DNA of 64,000 nt from Haliotis cracherodii (Eukaryota), in assembly GCF_022045235.1 (NCBI RefSeq), contig NW_027266308.1, positions 48,794,001-48,858,000 of the forward strand. Direction: 5' to 3'. Positions 63,196-64,000 of this stretch are shown one piece after another. A program made the translations under genes and the position numbers. Within the stretch, counting starts at the first letter, position 1. Each line of letters starts with the position of its first letter. The notes under the pieces were generated by a model that was given only the letters and a program-made list of their open reading frames with translations, made no database searches and was not told where the DNA came from.

Positions 63196-64000
63196 GTCAA
63201 GATCTCGCTACCATTAATGACCACTGTCAAACCTTCCTCACTTGGTAAGGGGACGTTGTCGTGCATGAGATGTTCACTAAAAGCTCTCGTACATGGATTC
63301 TATAGAACACTGTAGTTTTGAACCACAGTTCTGTATTCTGCTGAAGATACCAACCCTGTTCTCTGCTGGTATTGGTTCTCTTACCCAGTTCTCCTACCTC
63401 ACGAGGCTTCAGGTGCCCCAAGACCTCCTCTCAGACCTCAGCAAACGTGTCTACATATGACAATTAGCATACCATTCATTGTCAATACCATCATGGTACA
63501 CACTTTCCCACCTAGCGGTATCTATGTCATTCTTCCATACACATTTGTTTTATATACGCCAGCCACCATTGTCAAACCAAGTTGGTGAGGAAAAATCGCC
63601 TTATTCCTCCGCAATTTGAAATAAATCTTTCCATTTAAATACTTGCCACCACATGATACTGAAGATGTAGTTATTGCATTTACTGCGTTTAATAAACATC
63701 ATCTGGCTAATAACTTGCGTACGCATAGTAAATATACACGTGCAATTTTGCATACGTGAGTAAACGTCGTGCATGCGAACAGGGCTTTAGTATTCTGAAA
63801 CAACACGTCATCCTAATGTAAGAATATAGGATTCTTTTGTCGTGAAAACGTTGCTTCGCAGTCAGCGTAATAAAGATAGGGCTGATGTTTTTTAATTTCC
63901 TCTTTAAGATTGGCGGAATCGGTAAAGCAACTCATATCCAGATAACAGTGTCTGTACTCACTGCTCTACTATGGAACTGTTACCGGATACTTGTTCTCCG

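Larger units (their letters stand above)
58524..63450 (-). pseudogene. Disrupted spliced protein-kinase-like gene (candidate exons 63450-63242, 61304-~60942, 60344-60194, possibly 58620-58524)
   Basis: GC-richer blocks bounded by ag/gt sites. Kinase-fold-like motifs in order: ELGK (I), HLMHDNV (IV), VLLTDIRGVPL...LKVLLDNSTGKIYL (V-VIa), VRLGDFA (VII), VTDV (IX), ILSEIQDYCWTPSPSA (XI). Requires several frameshifts and stops. Confidence 0.5.

Noticed and set aside
60194-63450. Selenoprotein reading of in-frame TGA codons in the kinase-like exons
   Set aside because: TAG stops and frameshifts are also present and no SECIS is visible; decay is the simpler explanation.

Overview
AT-rich, repeat-dense eukaryotic DNA. 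The SINE, Penelope-like and MITE content looks molluscan, probably a gastropod such as abalone; this is inferred from remembered repeat families, not from a search. I find no intact protein-coding gene, and most listed ORFs are chance or low-complexity frames. The window contains: (i) about 40 copies or fragments of four SINE families with a related 3' tail, several with clean TSDs and several nested in each other; (ii) decayed transposons: a Penelope-like (Naiad-type) RT, a DD~80E (Sailor-like) IS630-Tc1-mariner transposase, a Tc1 transposase, PIF/Harbinger-, pogo- and Tc1-like MITEs, a foldback element and a Helitron-like 3' end; (iii) tandem arrays with units of 104, ~103, 43, 76, 66, 48, 28 and 20 bp, plus microsatellites; (iv) a spliced, disrupted protein-kinase-like gene on the minus strand (~58.5-63.5 kb); (v) a SINE-poor ~6 kb island (37.6-43.3 kb) of decayed, partly spliced reading frames with a promoter-like motif cluster; (vi) two assembly gaps. 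The best leads are the decayed multi-gene island, a conserved pseudoknot at the 5' head of one SINE family, a satellite built from a transposon end, and a strong SINE strand bias.
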